Origin: an uncultured Thermodesulfobacteriota bacterium
GTDB lineage: Bacteria > Desulfobacterota > DSWW01
NCBI GenBank assembly: GCA_964479535.1
Contig: CAYZMM010000003.1
Location: 193,467-257,466 of the forward strand
DNA: 64,000 nt
Reading direction: 5' to 3'
Below the pieces are notes generated by a model that worked only from the letters and a program-made list of their open reading frames with translations, searched no databases and was not told the origin of the DNA. Each line of letters opens with the position of its first letter. Positions within the stretch are counted from its first letter, which is position 1. This document shows, one piece after another, positions 20,108 to 32,379 of this stretch. The position numbers were made by a program, and so were the translations under genes.

Positions 20108-20547
20108 ACCTGATCGAGGTAACGTCGCACATCCTTCTCGACGAGAACGAAATCGACTTCGACTTCGTTCGTGCCTCCGGACCGGGCGGACAGAACGTGA
20201 ACAAGGTGGCCACGGCCGTCCAGCTTCGCTTCGATGTGGAGGCCTCGCCGTCGCTCCCCGAAGAGGTGCGTGAACGTTTGCGGACCGTCGCCGGCAACCG
20301 CATCAATGCCGACGGGATTCTCATCCTCGAGGCGAAGAGGTATCGCTCCCAGGCGCGCAACCGGGAAGATGCGATCCGGCGTCTCGTCGAGTTGATCCGG
20401 AAGGCGGCCAGGAAACCGGCGCCGCGTCGCAAGACCCGGCCGTCCGCCGCGGCCAGGGAACGCAGGCTGGAAGAGAAGAGGAGGCGCTCCCAGGTCAAAA
20501 GGAAGAGGCGTCCCCTTCGAGGAACGGCGGAAGACGACGTTCCTTGA
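20104..20547 (+). CDS. arfB: alternative ribosome-rescue factor / peptidyl-tRNA hydrolase ArfB
   Basis: GPGGQNVNKV GGQ motif, basic C-terminal tail. GTGA overlap with the radical SAM gene. Confidence 0.75.
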   Translation: MNLIEVTSHILLDENEIDFDFVRASGPGGQNVNKVATAVQLRFDVEASPSLPEEVRERLRTVAGNRINADGILILEAKRYRSQARNREDAIRRLVELIRKAARKPAPRRKTRPSAAARERRLEEKRRRSQVKRKRRPLRGTAEDDVP

Positions 20548-20573
20548 CGTTTTCGTACCATGTGCGACTTCCG

Positions 20574-21053
20574 CTATGCCTCCCCCGGAACCGGACCCTT
20601 CTCCGACGGGATGACCAGGACCGGACAGGGAGCGTGGCGGACCACCTTCTCGGCCACCGAGCCGAAGACGAACCGAGTGAAGCCGGTACGGCCCTTTGTC
20701 GCGATCACGATCAGGTCCACGCCCTCCTTCTCCGCGAACTCGACGATGTTCCCCGCCGGGTCCCCCTCCCTGACGATCGGCCGGATCGGACCGCGGTCCT
20801 CGCCCAGCCGCCGGACAAACCCCTCCAGCTCCTGGCCCGACTGGGTGACCAGATCCTGCTGGTACGTGTGGATGTTGAAGCCGGGTGCGTTCGGGGCGAT
20901 GTTCCCGGGAAAAGGGGGTACCGGGCTGACCACGTGCATGACGATGAGCTCGGTTTCCAGCGCATCCGCCAGATCCAGGGCCGTCCTCGCGGCGTCTTGC
21001 GAGGGTCCGCTGAAATCGGTGGGTGCGAGGATCTTCTTGACCGGCAACCTCAT
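20574..21053 (-). CDS. universal stress protein (UspA family)
   Basis: 159 aa. ...LIVMHVV... and C-terminal G-x2-G-x9-G-S ATP-binding-type motif. Confidence 0.85.
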   Translation of the reverse strand: MRLPVKKILAPTDFSGPSQDAARTALDLADALETELIVMHVVSPVPPFPGNIAPNAPGFNIHTYQQDLVTQSGQELEGFVRRLGEDRGPIRPIVREGDPAGNIVEFAEKEGVDLIVIATKGRTGFTRFVFGSVAEKVVRHAPCPVLVIPSEKGPVPGEA

Positions 21054-21393
21054 GGGTGATTCCCTTCCTTTCTGATTTCCGCATTCGGATTCTCTGTCTG
21101 CGTGCGCTGCTCTCGACCCTTCCTACATTGCAGAGGCTCGCAAAAGGCATGCCACGCCTGCGACGTGCAGGGTGCGCGGCAGGGCGCGCGGGCAAGCACG
21201 GAGTGTGCAGAAATGGTACAGCCCCGCTTCCCTCTGTGCCGATCCTTCACAGAACTCCGCCCCTCGGATCCCGCTGCCGGGGCCCCCGATGAGAAGCCCG
21301 TGTTCGTGGCCTGGCATAGGTCTTGCTGCCTCCACAGACTTGCCGCATGCGCAGGCAGGAGAACACATCGGAAAGGAGGGCTTGAAGTCGGAC

Positions 21394-22167
21394 ATGCGAA
21401 TCATGACCTTCAACATACGTTTCGAAAACGATCAGGACGGCCCGGATGCGTGGGTCCACCGAAGAGACGGGGTGCGGGACCTCATCAACCGTTACCGGCC
21501 CACCCTGCTCGGAACCCAGGAGGGGACGTGGGAACAGCTCCAGTGGCTCGACCGGGAGCTCGAGAACTACCGGATCCACGCACCGGGGCGGACCCGTGAC
21601 GCCGAAATGCAGTACCCTACCCTGCATTTCCGAGAAGACCTTCTGGAAGCGCAGGAGGGAGGGGAGTTCTGGCTGTCGAAGAACCCGGGCGTGCACCGCA
21701 GCAAGGACTGGGACAGCGCCTACGCGAGGATGGCGAGTTACGGGCGTTTCCGGAGCAAGGACTCCGAAGAACCCTTCTGGGTCGCGGTGACGCACCTCGA
21801 TCACGCCGGAGAGGAGGCCCGGCGCAACCAGGCGAGGATACTGCACGACTGGGTGCGCGAGAGGTCCGGGCCCGTCATCCTCATGGGGGACTTCAACGAC
21901 CGTCCCGGCTCGCCGGTGCACGCCCTTCTCACTTCCTCGGCAGGCGGTCTCACCGACACATGGAAGTTCCTGAGACGCGAGGACGGGCCGCACAGTTACA
22001 CGCAGCACGGCTTCGACGGAGTGCCGAGGAAGGGACGCATCGACTGGATCCTGGTCAGCTCCCACTTCCGTGTCGTGGACGCCCGGCTGATCACGGACAA
22101 CGCGGCCGGCCGCTACCCGTCCGATCATTTTCCCTATCTGGCGGAACTGGAGCCGAGGAATCCATGA
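21394..22167 (+). CDS. endonuclease/exonuclease/phosphatase (EEP) family protein
   Basis: MRIMTFNIRF..., ...GDFNDRP..., SDHFP motifs. AAGGAGGG RBS 13 nt upstream. Confidence 0.75.
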   Translation: MRIMTFNIRFENDQDGPDAWVHRRDGVRDLINRYRPTLLGTQEGTWEQLQWLDRELENYRIHAPGRTRDAEMQYPTLHFREDLLEAQEGGEFWLSKNPGVHRSKDWDSAYARMASYGRFRSKDSEEPFWVAVTHLDHAGEEARRNQARILHDWVRERSGPVILMGDFNDRPGSPVHALLTSSAGGLTDTWKFLRREDGPHSYTQHGFDGVPRKGRIDWILVSSHFRVVDARLITDNAAGRYPSDHFPYLAELEPRNP

Positions 22168-23306
22168 ATCCTTTCCGCCTTTCGTTTCGAACGGCCCTGC
22201 TGCTCCCGGTCCTGCTGGCAGCGGCTGCAGCCGGGTGCTCCCGCGAGGAGGGAACCTCCGAAGGCCCGGAGGGGCCGGCCGCGCCTGTGGAGACAGCCAG
22301 CGTGTCCCGGCAGGACCTGGAGGAGACCGTCCACGCCATCGGCACCCTCGAGGCCCTCGAGAACGTGATGGTCCGGCCGGAGGCAGCGGGCTACGTGGAC
22401 GCGGTTCATTTCGTGGAGGGCGACCCTGTTTCCAGGGGCCGGCTTCTGTTCACCATCGACAGCACGAAGATCGGCCTGCGGCTCCAGGCGAGGAAGGCCC
22501 TTCTCGAGGAGGCGAGGCTCCAGCTGGCAAGGGCGGAGCGCGGCTATGAGCGTCGGCAGGACCTGGTCGGAAAGCACCTCGTCTCCAAGGAAGCCCTGGA
22601 CCAGGCGAGGACCGAGTTCGAAACCGCCCGGGCGAGGGTGACCCGAATCGAGGCGGAAATCGAAGAGCTTCGCGACGCCTTCGAGGACACCCGGGTGAAG
22701 GCGCCCATCACCGGCGTGGTCGGCGAGCGGAGGGTCGACCCGGGAGACTTCGTTCACGTGGGGGACGACCTGGTGCCCCTGGTGAACACGGAGAAGATGA
22801 AGATCTCCTTCACCGTGCCGGAACGCTTCACGGGGAGGATCCAGGCCGGCCAGAATCTCCGGGTCTACTCCCCGGCCTTCCCGGACCGCCCCTTCAAAGG
22901 ATCCATTTACTTCGTGAGCCCCCAGATCCAGGAGGAGACGCGCAGCCTCCGGGTCAAAGGGTACGTGGAGAATCCGGAGGGGCTGCTGCGGCCCGGCGGG
23001 TTCGTCACCGCGGAGGTTGCCGTGGGGCTTCGAAAGGGGGCCCTGGTGATCCCGGAGGAGGCGCTCGTTCCGACCCGCGGCGGCTACATGCTCTTCGTGG
23101 TGGAGGACTCCCGGGCCAGGGGCCGTGAGGTGAAGACCGGCCTGCGAAAGCCGGGCATCGTCGAGATCCCCGGGGGGGTCCGCGCCGGAGAGACGGTGAT
23201 CCGGAGCGGGCACATTTCGGTCTTCGAGGGGGCCCGCATCCGGGTGGTGGAGCCGGCGGCCAAACAGGAGAGGGACGCTCCGGAAACCGAGCAGGAACGA
23301 AGATGA
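22164..23306 (+). CDS. RND efflux periplasmic adaptor (membrane fusion protein)
   Basis: Lipoprotein-like signal ending AAAAGC. Coiled-coil and beta-barrel MFP domains. ATGA overlap with the EEP gene. Confidence 0.85.
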   Translation: MNPFRLSFRTALLLPVLLAAAAAGCSREEGTSEGPEGPAAPVETASVSRQDLEETVHAIGTLEALENVMVRPEAAGYVDAVHFVEGDPVSRGRLLFTIDSTKIGLRLQARKALLEEARLQLARAERGYERRQDLVGKHLVSKEALDQARTEFETARARVTRIEAEIEELRDAFEDTRVKAPITGVVGERRVDPGDFVHVGDDLVPLVNTEKMKISFTVPERFTGRIQAGQNLRVYSPAFPDRPFKGSIYFVSPQIQEETRSLRVKGYVENPEGLLRPGGFVTAEVAVGLRKGALVIPEEALVPTRGGYMLFVVEDSRARGREVKTGLRKPGIVEIPGGVRAGETVIRSGHISVFEGARIRVVEPAAKQERDAPETEQERR

Positions 23307-24536
23307 TCTGGAACTTCTGTATCGGAAGGCCGGTCCTGACGGTGGTGATCTTCTTCGTCATCGCCATCTTCGGGATCTTCGGCTACCGGCAGCTTCCCGT
23401 GCGGGAATTCCCGGACGTGGAGTTCCCGGTGGTCAATGTGAGCGTGGTGCTGCCCGGCGCCGACCCGGAGGTGATCGAGACCGAGGTGGTGGAACCCCTC
23501 GAGGAGGAGCTGAACACCATCGAGGGGATCGAGGAGATCCAGTCCACCAGCCGGGAGGAAGTGGGCTCGGTCACGGTGGAGTTCGAACTGGACCGGGACA
23601 TCGACATCGCCGCGCAGGACGTGCGGGACCGGGTGAGCCGGGCCCGGCCGGAGATGGCCGACGACATCGAGGAGCCGATCATCCGGAAGATCGACCCGGA
23701 CGCACGGGCCGTCATGTGGGTGGCGGTCATGGGGAACGAGCGCTGGGACATGGTGCGGCTCAACGATTACGCGGAAAACGTCATGAAGGAACGCCTCGAG
23801 ACGATTCGCGGCGTGGGGCAGGTCCAGATCGGCGGGGAGCGGCGCTACGCGGTCCGGGTCCGCATCGACCCCCGGAAGCTGGCGGGCTACCGGCTCACGG
23901 TCCAGGACGTGGTCGACACGATCCGCCGCGAGAACGTGGACATCCCGTCCGGCCGCATCGAGAGCCGCATGCGGGAGTTCCTGGTCAAGACGGAGGGCCA
24001 GTTCTCCTCGGCCGCGCCCTTCAACGACCTGATCGTGGCCTACCGGTCCGGCTCTCCCGTGAGGATCTCCGACGTGGGCGAGGCGGTGGACGGCGTGGAG
24101 AACGAACGCACCGTCGCGCGGTTCGTGGGCAGGCCCTCCGTGGGGCTCGGCATCGTCAAGCAGTCGGACGCGAACATGGTCGAACTCGTGCAGGAAGTCC
24201 GGCAGACCCTGAAGGAGATTGCGGAGAACTTTCCCCCGGGTCCCCGACCCGGAAAATAAGCCCTTCCTGCTCCGGCGGACCGAGCCGGCCCTCGCCGGCC
24301 TGGAGAGGGCCTACCGTTTCGTTCTGAACAAGGCCCTCCGGTGGCGCTGGGCCACGGTCGCGATCGCGATCGCCGCGTTTGCCGCGGGCCTCTTTCTGAT
24401 TCAGTTTCTGGAAACGGAATTCACCCCGAGCGTGGACCGGGGGGAGTTCGTGGTGCGCTTCGAGGCGGTGGAGGGCGCCTCCCTGGAGGCGACCGACCGG
24501 TATGCGAGGACTTCCATCGCCCCGGCGAGATCGTAG
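23303..24536 (+). pseudogene. RND efflux permease (AcrB-like) remnant: internal ~170-aa deletion plus 3' truncation
   Basis: 23303..24259 matches AcrB aa ~1-335. A frame change near 24235 continues at AcrB ~505-590 (24219..24536). The ORF then ends in a fusion with the antisense TolC remnant. Confidence 0.7.
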
Positions 24537-25126
24537 TAGGCGGTCTCGATTTGTCCACCGATCTCCTGAGCGAAGCGCGTGTAGGCGTGCACCGCCTGCT
24601 TTGTCTGGTTCTCCGTGATCCGGAGGGCGGCGGTGTTGATCGGGACGCCGAAGTCACGCAACAGGGGCTGGGTGAGGTCGAGCATGAGAACGCTTCTGTA
24701 TTGCGGTCGCAGCGCATCCACCCTCGAGTTGTTCGTGGATCGGTTTGATTCGAAGGAAATGCCCGATTCGAGACCGAGGCGAAACCGCTTACGAAGGGCC
24801 GACGTACCGCCCACCTCCTGAAACTCCTCCACGTTGTCCTGGGCGAATGCGGATGCGGTCGGCGTCTCCAGGGCCTGGAAGGAAAAGGAGGCCTCCAGTC
24901 TCGGGTCGAAGGCCGCTGCTTCAACCTGTACGTTCTCCTCTTCCTTCGAAACGTTCAACTCCTGGATCTGCACGTCCAGGTTGTTCTCCATGCCCTCTAC
25001 GAGTGCGGTCCGTAGGGGCAGCAGGATTCCTTCTTCTTCCCCTTCGGGTGCCGCGGCCGGTCCCCCTTCCGTCAGAAGGCCGAGGGCGAGCACCCATGCC
25101 GCCGTCAGCAGTAGCCGTTTCCACAT
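24510..25126 (-). pseudogene. TolC/OprM-like outer-membrane efflux protein, N-terminal half only
   Basis: MWKRLLLTAAWVLALG signal, ...LPLRTALVEGMENNLDVQIQELNV... TolC repeat 1. It terminates where it meets the RND remnant. Confidence 0.6.
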
Positions 25127-25151
25127 CCCACACCTCCCCGCCCTGCTTCCG

Positions 25152-25967
25152 CTAAGCATCCCAGCGCGGCGCCCAGTCCGGGTCGATGAGACGTTCGCCC
25201 CTCGCCAGGCCGGACACCCGCCCCATCTCTTCGGCGGTCAGCTCGAAGTCGAAGATGGCGATGTTGCTCTCCCGGTGGGACGCCTTCGCCGCCTTCGGTA
25301 TGGCCGCGACCTTGTCCTGCTGCACGAGCCATCGAAGGGCGACCTGGACGGGGGACTTCCCGTATTTCTCACCCAGTTCCTTCAGTACGGGCTCTTCCAT
25401 CACCTTGCCGCGGGCGACGGGAGAGTATGCCGTGAGCAGGATGTCCTGTTTTCGCATGTGGGGAAGCAGCGTTTCCTGCGACAGGAAGGGGTGGCACTCC
25501 ACCTGGTTGCAGAAGATCCGCGTCAGGTTCTCCGCTTCCTGCAGCCGCGCCAGCGGGAAGTTGCTCACACCGATCCGTCGGGTCCTGCCCTCCTCCTTCA
25601 AGGCGACGAAAGCGCCCAGGGTCTCCTTCAGGGGGACGTCGTCCACGGGCCAGTGGATCAGCAGCAGGTCCACGTAATCGGTGCCCAGCCGCTTCAAACT
25701 CTCCTCGGACGTCCGCAGGACCGCATCCCGGGAAAGGTCCGTGTACCACACCTTCGTGGTCAGGAAGATCTCTTCCCTCTTCACGCCCGAACGCCGGATT
25801 CCCTCGCCCACCTGAGACTCGTTCTCATACGCCTGGGCCGTGTCGATGTGCCGGTATCCCAGCTCCAGGGCATGGGCCACGCCCTCCTCACACGACTTCC
25901 CGGAAAGCTCGAAGGTGCCGTAGCCGAGCACCGGCACCTTCTCTCCCTGTATCTCCGCATGCTTCAT
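25152..25967 (-). CDS. aldo/keto reductase
   Basis: 271 aa. GYRHIDTAQAYENE, IHWP, AKR family motifs. Confidence 0.85.
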   Translation of the reverse strand: MKHAEIQGEKVPVLGYGTFELSGKSCEEGVAHALELGYRHIDTAQAYENESQVGEGIRRSGVKREEIFLTTKVWYTDLSRDAVLRTSEESLKRLGTDYVDLLLIHWPVDDVPLKETLGAFVALKEEGRTRRIGVSNFPLARLQEAENLTRIFCNQVECHPFLSQETLLPHMRKQDILLTAYSPVARGKVMEEPVLKELGEKYGKSPVQVALRWLVQQDKVAAIPKAAKASHRESNIAIFDFELTAEEMGRVSGLARGERLIDPDWAPRWDA

Positions 25968-25969
25968 GT

Positions 25970-27112
25970 TCACTGCTCCTCCAGTTCGATCTTCAGTGAG
26001 AGGAATTCCGTGAGATCCTTCAGCGTGATGATCCCCGCCAGTTCGCCGTCGTCCACCACGACGAGACGGCCCCCGCCGGTACGGTGCATGAGCGAGAGGG
26101 CTTTCATGGCGTCCGCGTCCGGGTCGATGGTGTTGTCCGGGGAGCAGGGGGCCATGACGTCTCCCACCCGTTTTTCGGTCCGCTCCTCCTTCGGGACCTC
26201 CTTCACCTGTTTCGTGGAAACGCACCCCACGAGCCGGCTCGTGTCCTCCACGACCGGAAAGAGCTTGTAGTGGTGCTCGTAGATGTAGTCCTCCACCAGT
26301 TCCTGGACCGAAACGCCCGGCTGCACGGTCACCGGATCGGTCTTCATGAAGCGACGAACCGGCTCGCCCTCGAGGGCTCTTCGGACCAGCACCTGCTTGT
26401 ACGAACTCTTTGCGGCGCTCTGCACGAACATCCCGATGAGGAACCACCACATGCCTCCCACGAAGTTGCCTCCCAGCACCTGCACCACACCCATGATGAT
26501 CAGAAAGATCCCGAAGCCGGATCCGATCGAGGAGGAAATGCGGGTGGCCCAGCGCAGGTTTCCCTTGTAAGCCCATAGGGCGGACCGCAGGATACGCCCC
26601 CCGTCCAGCGGAAAGGCGGGTATGAGGTTGAATCCGGCGAGGATCAGGTTGATGAACGCCAGGTACCCCATCGTACCCTTCACCGCTTCGGGCCATTCGG
26701 CCTGTACCCCCACATGGAAGAAGCCGTAGAACACCCCGGCGATCAGAACGCTGGAAATCGGACCGGCCACCGACATGAGAAACTCCGCCTTGGGGGACGG
26801 CGGCTCTTCCCCCATTTCGGCCACGCCGCCGAAGATGAACAGCGTGATCCCTTTCATGGGAAGCCCCTGCTTCTTCGCCACGACCGAGTGTGAGAACTCG
26901 TGGAGGATGATCGAGAGGAAGAGCCCGATGGCGCCGGCAACGCCCATGATCCAGTACGTCCTGGTCGACAGGCCCTCGTACATCTGCGGAAAGACCCCGA
27001 GGGACAGGGACCAGACGATCAGGACCACGATGATGGTCCAGCTCAGGTCGATCTTCACCTCGAACCCGAAGAGGTTGAAGAGCTTGACACTCTTGCCGAA
27101 CATGATGATCAC
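25970..27112 (-). CDS. site-2 protease family (M50) zinc metalloprotease with tandem CBS domains
   Basis: HEFSH (HExxH) in a TM helix. C-terminal CBS pair. Confidence 0.8.
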   Translation of the reverse strand: MIIMFGKSVKLFNLFGFEVKIDLSWTIIVVLIVWSLSLGVFPQMYEGLSTRTYWIMGVAGAIGLFLSIILHEFSHSVVAKKQGLPMKGITLFIFGGVAEMGEEPPSPKAEFLMSVAGPISSVLIAGVFYGFFHVGVQAEWPEAVKGTMGYLAFINLILAGFNLIPAFPLDGGRILRSALWAYKGNLRWATRISSSIGSGFGIFLIIMGVVQVLGGNFVGGMWWFLIGMFVQSAAKSSYKQVLVRRALEGEPVRRFMKTDPVTVQPGVSVQELVEDYIYEHHYKLFPVVEDTSRLVGCVSTKQVKEVPKEERTEKRVGDVMAPCSPDNTIDPDADAMKALSLMHRTGGGRLVVVDDGELAGIITLKDLTEFLSLKIELEEQ

Positions 27113-27154
27113 CTCCCTCTGTCGTCTCGCCGTATCCGGCCGGCGGCGGGTGCC

Positions 27155-27751
27155 TCACGCCCCGCCCGGTGAGGGGCCGGCCTTCGCGAACTGCACGCCG
27201 GCTTGCTTCATCTTCCGAAGGGCTTCTTCACCGCCCTCGGCGGACACCGGACGCGTGGCTTCCGTCATCAGTTGCACCTCGAAGCCTTCCCTGCGAGCGT
27301 CCAGGACCGTCGCGAGCACGCACACGTCCTGGGCCAGCCCACCCACCCACAGCCGGCGGACGCCGTCCCGTCTCAACCGGTCGGCCAGGCCGGTCTGGTC
27401 GAAGGCCGAATTCTGATCCTGGTCGAAGCGCACCCCTTTCGTGACCTTGACGGTGCCTCCTGGAAGCGCAAGGTCGGGATGAAAGGCCGCCCCTTCCGTG
27501 TCCTGCAGGCAGTGGGGAGGCCACTCCCCTCCCTGTTCCGCGAAGCTCACATGGTCTTGCGGGTGCCAGTCCCGGGAAGCGTAGATGGGGATCCCGGTGC
27601 CGGCCGCCGCTTCGATGGAGCGATTCAGCACCGGGAGGATCCGGTCTCCCTCGTCGACGGCCAGCGCCCCGCCGGGACAGAAATCGACCTGCACGTCCAC
27701 GATGAGCAGGCCGTCCCCCCTCTCAAAGCGGTTCTGTTCTTCTCCACTCAT
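27155..27751 (-). CDS. isochorismatase-family hydrolase, nicotinamidase-like
   Basis: LLIVDVQVDFCPGGALAV..., catalytic Cys in ...DVCVLATVLDA.... Confidence 0.75.
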   Translation of the reverse strand: MSGEEQNRFERGDGLLIVDVQVDFCPGGALAVDEGDRILPVLNRSIEAAAGTGIPIYASRDWHPQDHVSFAEQGGEWPPHCLQDTEGAAFHPDLALPGGTVKVTKGVRFDQDQNSAFDQTGLADRLRRDGVRRLWVGGLAQDVCVLATVLDARREGFEVQLMTEATRPVSAEGGEEALRKMKQAGVQFAKAGPSPGGA

Positions 27752-28177
27752 TTCCCGGTCTCCTTTTCCGCCTTACGGACGGATTCGAGGGCGAGGGTTC
27801 CGTTCGACACGTACAAGGTTCCCTTGAGCACGAACCTCCGGGATGTCGCGTCGTCTCCCATCAGGCGCTGCGCCCCGCTCTCCTTTCCGAGTAGAAGGAG
27901 GCGCCGCCTGCCCAAGTCGTTCAGGATGTTCCACGCGCTGGTCGTTCCCGGATGAACCGCCGGGTCGACCCTGCGAAGCTCTTCGATGGCAAAAAGGGTT
28001 TCCTCCCCCTCGTACTCCAGGGTGTAGGCACCCCCCCGTGGTCTGTTGGAAAACGACGGTACCGGTGAGCTCCACCAGTACCGAAGACTGTGCTCGCGCC
28101 GAGTCCACGGACGCACACACGGCAATGAAGGCCGGGATGGCGACGACCGCTCCAACGAGCCAAACACTTTGCTTCAT
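27748..28177 (-). CDS. secreted hypothetical protein interrupted by frameshift at a homopolymer (C7 on + strand, 28031-28037)
   Basis: N-terminal part MKQSVWLVGAVVAIPAFIAVCAS...QQTTGG (frame of ORF 27773..28294). C-terminal part AYTLEYEGEE...KETGK (ORF 27748..28167). The junction is the G7/C7 run. Confidence 0.45.
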
Positions 28178-28399
28178 TTCTCCGTATCCTTCCGTATCCT
28201 TTTTACACGCATTCAAGGATGAGCAGCTTCTCGCCCCGGCGGCTGCCCGCCGTCGCTGCCCGGCGAGAAGTGCAAGCAGTATGCCACATCCCAATCAACG
28301 GAAACCTGAAGAACTCTTGTGCAAGGCGGCAAGGCCGGACCAGCGGGCGGGACCCTTCTGTACCGGAGGGGCACAAGCTGGCCACCGGCGGGCGAAGCC

Positions 28400-28416
28400 T
28401 GTGCCGAATGTGCACA
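28400..28416. promoter_or_regulatory. TGTGC-N7-GCACA site in divergent promoter region
   Basis: tgtgccgaatgtgcaca read directly. Confidence 0.5.
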
Positions 28417-28474
28417 TTCCGAACCCGAACCCTCCTCGGCACATTCCTCACGACAACGAAGGAGGACTTTATTC

Positions 28475-28940
28475 ATGGCTCTTACAGAACGACAAGACGA
28501 GTATGCGGCTGAGCTGTCCGCCGACCGTCTCCGCCGCAGATGCGACCCGGCCGGCTTTTCCTTTCAGAGCACGGAGGAACTGCAGGAGCACCAGGAGCGG
28601 CAACAGGCACTGTTCGAAGAGCTGAAGAACGAGGCGGAATCCAGGGGCTTCCGGCTCCTTCAGGCGCCCCAGGGCCTCGTCCTCGCCCCGGTACAGGACG
28701 GAAAGCCGGTCACTCCGGACGAATTCGAGAAGCTGGCCACCAGATTTGCCAACCTCGTGGATCTGGTCCGCGAGGCGAGCAAGAACGGGAACGGGCTCGT
28801 CGCGGCGGGCGATGTGGAACAGGCGATCAAGGAAGGTGTGTATCGGCTGAATCAGGCCGAAGAAAGGATGCAGCACCTGGTCGAGGAGGGCTCCATCATG
28901 ATCGACACCGAGGGAGATGCGCTGGGTCAGATCAGCCCTG
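28475..28940 (+). pseudogene. N-terminal ~150-aa remnant of a Lon-like (COG1067/LonB-type) ATP-dependent protease
   Basis: Starts at ATG 28475 with a GAAGGAGGA RBS. ...RLRRRCDPAGFSFQSTEELQE... resembles the N-terminus of Lon-like proteases from memory. The frame then reads antisense into ligA's 3' end. Confidence 0.45.
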
Positions 28941-28965
28941 TGAGGCGACGGACACCCGGGCCCTC

Positions 28966-31116
<2,151 letters not shown>

Positions 31117-31297
31117 TTAGGGCACATGCGGCCGGCTGTGCGAAAAGGTTTCGCCCGGAGAAGAACGCAGCGAACCGTCCGGAAACAAGGTCCTTGACGG
31201 GGTCCTTCCCTGTCGGAGCGGCGGTGGCAGGAAGATTGCAGCCTTGAGGAGGCATTGTGCGGCAGACCCCTGTGGACTACGAACGGAGGAGAAAGAG

Positions 31298-31840
31298 ATG
31301 AACCACTTCGGCACGGCACGAATCCTTTGGGCGGCCGCCCTGACCCTCCTGCTCTCGAACGGGGCCGGCTGCCTTTCGCCCATCTCCAAGTCCGTGCGAG
31401 AGAAGGTCGATCAGGAGATTTCCTTCGAAGAGATCCGCAACGCTCCGGAGGACTACGTGGGTGAGATGGTCCTGCTGGGAGGCGAGATCATCCAGACGCG
31501 GAACACGACGCAGGGGACCCTGTTCCTGGTGCTGCAGAAGGAGCTGGATTACAGAGGCAAGCCCCGCAAGGACGACCGGTCCGCGGGAAGGTTCATGGTG
31601 CAGGACCCCCGTTTTCTCGACCCTGCGATCTACAGCTCGAGAAGGCTGATCACCGTGGCCGGGAGGGTGATGGGGACGCAGACCCGGAAGCTGGACGAAC
31701 TGGATTACACCTACCCGGTCCTGCACGCGGAGGAGATTCACCTCTGGAGGGATGAACCGAAGAACCAGTACTACTTCTACCCGCAGCCGCGCTGGTACTT
31801 CTGGGGAGTGTCGGATTCCACCTTCCCGCCCTGGTATTGA
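31298..31840 (+). CDS. Slp-family outer-membrane lipoprotein
   Basis: Lipobox LSNGAGC. YVGEMVLLGGEI...YPVLHAEEIHLW...YYFYPQ matches the Slp family. GGAGGA RBS. Confidence 0.8.
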   Translation: MNHFGTARILWAAALTLLLSNGAGCLSPISKSVREKVDQEISFEEIRNAPEDYVGEMVLLGGEIIQTRNTTQGTLFLVLQKELDYRGKPRKDDRSAGRFMVQDPRFLDPAIYSSRRLITVAGRVMGTQTRKLDELDYTYPVLHAEEIHLWRDEPKNQYYFYPQPRWYFWGVSDSTFPPWY

Positions 31841-31908
31841 GTGTGCCCTCCGGCCGGCGCCTTCATCGAACAGACGGAACGGATCCGCAGACACAAAGGA
31901 AGACCGGC

Positions 31909-32368
31909 ATGGAAAAGGACCCGGTGTGCAACATGGAGGTGGAGCAGGACCGTCCCGGGCGCTGCCCCGAGTGCGGGACGGGTCAAGGGACTTCGCGCCG
32001 AAGGGCGGACCGTGGCCATGGCCGGCGACGGGATCAACGATGCTCCGGCCCTGGCGGAGGCCCACGTGGGAATCGCCATGGGCTCGGGAACGGACGTGAC
32101 GATCGAAAGCGCGGGGGTCACCCTGGTCGAGGGGGACCTGGCGAAGATCGTGCGGTCCCTCCGCCTGAGCCGTGCCGTGATGCGAAACATCCGGCAGAAC
32201 CTCTTCTTCGCCTTCGTCTACAACTCTCTCGGCGTTCCGGTGGCCGCAGGCGTCCTCTACCCCTTCTTCGGGATCCTTCTCAGCCCCATCATCGCCGCCG
32301 CGGCCATGAGCTTCAGCTCGGTCTCGGTGGTGTCGAACGCCCTGCGGTTGAAGAAGATCGGACTTTGA
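31909..32368 (+). pseudogene. heavy-metal P1B-type ATPase remnant: first ~23 aa joined out of frame to last ~125 aa
   Basis: [23 protein letters not shown] (metal-binding N-terminus) with an AAGGAAG RBS. Frame switch near 31983 into ...[36 protein letters not shown]... (hinge motif and last two TMs). About 600 aa missing. Confidence 0.65.
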
Positions 32369-32379
32369 CCGGAAGGCTC

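Noticed and set aside
28181-28204. Short tandem duplications (tccgtatcct x2 at 28181-28200; tcggaccgatct x2 at 52225-52248)
   Set aside because: There are only two copies of 10-12 bp each. They are too short for CRISPR or VNTR-type features and are probably replication-slippage scars.
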